Shown here piece after piece: positions 61,859 through 64,000 of a stretch of 64,000 nt of DNA (the first letter of the stretch is position 1; every line of letters begins with the position of its first letter). A model generated the notes under the pieces. It was not told the DNA's origin and made no database searches. It saw only the letters and a list, made by a program, of their open reading frames with translations. Location: NCBI GenBank assembly GCA_015233405.1, contig JADFXT010000002.1, forward strand, positions 4,451 to 68,450, in the 5' to 3' direction. This DNA is from Candidatus Omnitrophota bacterium. Lineage in GTDB: Bacteria > Omnitrophota > Gorgyraeia > Zapsychrales > Zapsychraceae. The translations under genes and the position numbers were made by a program.

Positions 61859-63073
61859 ATGAAAAAAATAGGCGTTATTACAAGCGGTGGAGATTGCGGT
61901 GGATTAAATGCGGTCATAAAAGGTGCGGCCCAAATGGCCCAGGCATATAGCGGCGCATGTTATGTGATCCCCAACGGTTATGCCGGGCTTTATAATTTAA
62001 TCGAATTTGATAGTCTTGTTGAGTTAACCGTCGACCGGGTTGATTCCGTCAATGCCAATAACGCCGGGTCGGAAGCCGGGCATTCCAGGGTCAAGGTCAA
62101 GAAAATCAATGATGAAAAAAAATATGAGCGCATCAAGCAGGGATTGAATAAATTCGGGATTGAAGGCCTGGTCATTAGCGGCGGGGATGATTCCGGAAGC
62201 GTGATGGTAGATTTGTCCGAACAGGGTATTAAATGCGTCCATGCGCCTAAGACCATGGATTTGGATTTGCAGACGTATTCCGTCGGATTTGATTCCACCG
62301 TTAACCGTATCGCCAGCTTTGCCGAAGACATTAAAACCACCGGCCGTACGCATAATCGCGTGATGGTCATGGAAGTTTTTGGCCGTTATGCCGGGCATAC
62401 CGCTTTCCGTGCCGGAGTCGCGTCGGACGCTGATGCGATCTTAATTCCTGAAGTCCCAGTCGATTTTGATGCCCTTTATGAGCATTGCAAAAAAGTTTAT
62501 ATGCGCCGTGTTTTAACCAGCGACGTCAAAGCCGGGACCTACCTTATTATTGTCGCCGAAGGTTTACGTAACGCTAATGGCGAAGAGCTTTATGATGAAG
62601 CGGCCGGCATTGATGCCTTTGGCCATAAAAAGCTCGCTGGCGCCGGACTTTACGTCCAGAATGAATTATCCAAACGGTTCAAAGCTGATCCGTCGATCAA
62701 AGCCTTTATGAAGGAATCGAAGATGTTTGTGGAAGGTATTTATGAAAAACCGGAAGTCCGGACTGTGGCTCCAGGGCATTTGGTCCGTTGCGGGCGCTCG
62801 TCGGTCTATGATGTTAATTTCGGTAAAGAAGCTGGTGCCGGTGCGGTGGTCCTTTTACAAAATGGCATTTCCGGTGTGACCATTTGCGGCTTTAGCCAGG
62901 GAAAAATTGTTTATCTTCCGTCTAAAGAAGCGATCAAACAAAGACATGTTGATGCCGAATCGGTTTCTTTTTATGAGAAATTAGGCATTTGTTTTGGACG
63001 AAAGTTTCAGCAATCTTCTTTCCCAGGATTTCAGGAAAAGACCGGACACATCGAGAGATATTTAAGCTTATAA
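61859..63073 (+). CDS. pfp: 6-phosphofructokinase, predicted pyrophosphate-dependent
   Basis: 404 aa. SGGDCGGLNA. GGDDS (Asp111) and PKTMDLD (Lys131) occupy the positions of E. coli PfkA Gly104/Gly124. SD AGGAG. Confidence 0.8.
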   Translation: MKKIGVITSGGDCGGLNAVIKGAAQMAQAYSGACYVIPNGYAGLYNLIEFDSLVELTVDRVDSVNANNAGSEAGHSRVKVKKINDEKKYERIKQGLNKFGIEGLVISGGDDSGSVMVDLSEQGIKCVHAPKTMDLDLQTYSVGFDSTVNRIASFAEDIKTTGRTHNRVMVMEVFGRYAGHTAFRAGVASDADAILIPEVPVDFDALYEHCKKVYMRRVLTSDVKAGTYLIIVAEGLRNANGEELYDEAAGIDAFGHKKLAGAGLYVQNELSKRFKADPSIKAFMKESKMFVEGIYEKPEVRTVAPGHLVRCGRSSVYDVNFGKEAGAGAVVLLQNGISGVTICGFSQGKIVYLPSKEAIKQRHVDAESVSFYEKLGICFGRKFQQSSFPGFQEKTGHIERYLSL

Positions 63074-63141
63074 GCTGATTCATCGTCCCCGGGAGCTTTG
63101 ATGCCTTGAAGGATGAGTGTTTTTAAGCTTTTCCATTTTCT

Positions 63142-64000
63142 ATGGCCAACCCTCTGTCCTATTTGTCTTTCCGTGAATTTAAGCGGTCTTTGTTTAATGC
63201 CATTAAACAAGAAGATAAAACGTATCTGTTTTTTCTTTTTATCCTGACGTTATGGGCTCTTGTTGTTCGGGCGATTTATTTAAGTCAGCCCATGCGTTAC
63301 GATGAAGCTTATACGTATATTGTTTTTGTTGCAAGGCCGCTTAGTATCGGTCTTTCTTCTTATACGGTCCCCAATAATCATATCTTCCATACGCTTTTAG
63401 CTCATATTTTTTGTTCTTTCTTGGGCAATCATCCTTGGGTTGTGCGATTACCGGCTTTTCTCGCCGGGGTCGCTATGGTCCCTGCCTCCTATTTGGCCAT
63501 GCGTCTTTTGTACAATAAAAATGCCGCGATCCTTACGGCCGCATTTGTTGCCTCTTCGGAAATCTTCATTGAATATTCCAGCAATGCCCGAGGGTACACG
63601 ATAATTTGTTTATTTTTTCTGCTGATTTTATCTCTGGCGAAATATCTTAAAGATCACGATAATTCTTTCGCGTGGCTGCTTTTTATTCTTTTATCCAGTT
63701 TAGGTTTTTATACGGTCTTTGCCATGTCATATCCTTTTGGCGTTATTTTGATTTGGCTTCTTCTTTCCGCTGTTTTGAAGGACATAAAAATTTCCTGGGG
63801 GACATTTCTCAAGCGTTTGTTGGCAGCTATCTTTTTAACTGTGGTGTTGGTCTTTGTGTTTTACTCACCTGTGATTATGACGTCAGGGATTCAACCAATT
63901 GTTGGAAATACTTACATAAAGAAGTTTATCGCGCCCGAATCGCTTTTGCCTTTTCTTCAGTCAATAAACCAAATTGTTGAACGTGGGCTCTTGAATGTTC
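63142..64000 (+). CDS. GT-C family (ArnT/PMT-like, GT39/GT83-type) membrane glycosyltransferase, 5' part (runs off the window)
   Basis: Missing from the ORF track because it has no stop in the window. My translation is open from ATG 63142 to 64000 (MANPLSYLSF...). First-loop YDEAYTY acidic motif; multiple TM helices. Confidence 0.65.
   Translation, partial: MANPLSYLSFREFKRSLFNAIKQEDKTYLFFLFILTLWALVVRAIYLSQPMRYDEAYTYIVFVARPLSIGLSSYTVPNNHIFHTLLAHIFCSFLGNHPWVVRLPAFLAGVAMVPASYLAMRLLYNKNAAILTAAFVASSEIFIEYSSNARGYTIICLFFLLILSLAKYLKDHDNSFAWLLFILLSSLGFYTVFAMSYPFGVILIWLLLSAVLKDIKISWGTFLKRLLAAIFLTVVLVFVFYSPVIMTSGIQPIVGNTYIKKFIAPESLLPFLQSINQIVERGLLNV

Overview
AT-rich, tightly packed bacterial chromosome segment, about 66 protein genes and 4 tRNAs. 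Almost everything from 3.4 kb to 53 kb is on the minus strand. An OMP-type porin and lipoproteins suggest a diderm, probably uncultivated, lineage; this is inference only. I saw no rRNA, CRISPR array, transposase, integrase or prophage genes.

Blocks, left to right:
- Sugar-nucleotide genes (cupin, wecB).
- A DUF134 regulator behind two tandem 26-bp palindromes.
- A three-subunit molybdenum hydroxylase (FAD / 2Fe-2S / Moco) with XdhC and MocA maturation genes.
- CPBP protease, nadC, valS, an MFS exporter, and a RelE/RHH toxin-antitoxin pair.
- An Asp-family amino-acid operon: pilZ-hom-thrC-coaB-like-apgM-like-lysC-cimA.
- A full Pho block (phoB-phoR, porin-pstSCAB-arsC-like-phoU) with recognisable Pho boxes.
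- A cell-envelope glycan island: CDP-glucose pathway, C-methyltransferase, split transketolase, two GT2 enzymes, several GT-C-like membrane proteins, and MBOAT+SGNH.
- recN and a ROK glucokinase.
- A five-gene polyphosphate operon (ppk2-ppx-ppk1-CHAD-HD) next to a PPi-type phosphofructokinase.

The most unusual signals are RNA/DNA-level and are not explained by the ORF track:
1. A Thr-Tyr-Gly tRNA operon carries a four-helix-bundle (23S-IVS-type) gene bracketed by ~30-nt inverted repeats.
2. Two copies of a GC-rich, covarying structured module sit in front of tRNA-Gly and tRNA-Thr. Each is prefixed by an exact copy of the first 7 nt of that tRNA.
3. A 59-bp tandem repeat between two glycosyltransferase genes has hairpins that differ in sequence but keep the same bulged fold.

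All functional calls rest on motif recognition by eye; no database search was possible. Coordinates of non-CDS features may be off by 1-2 nt.
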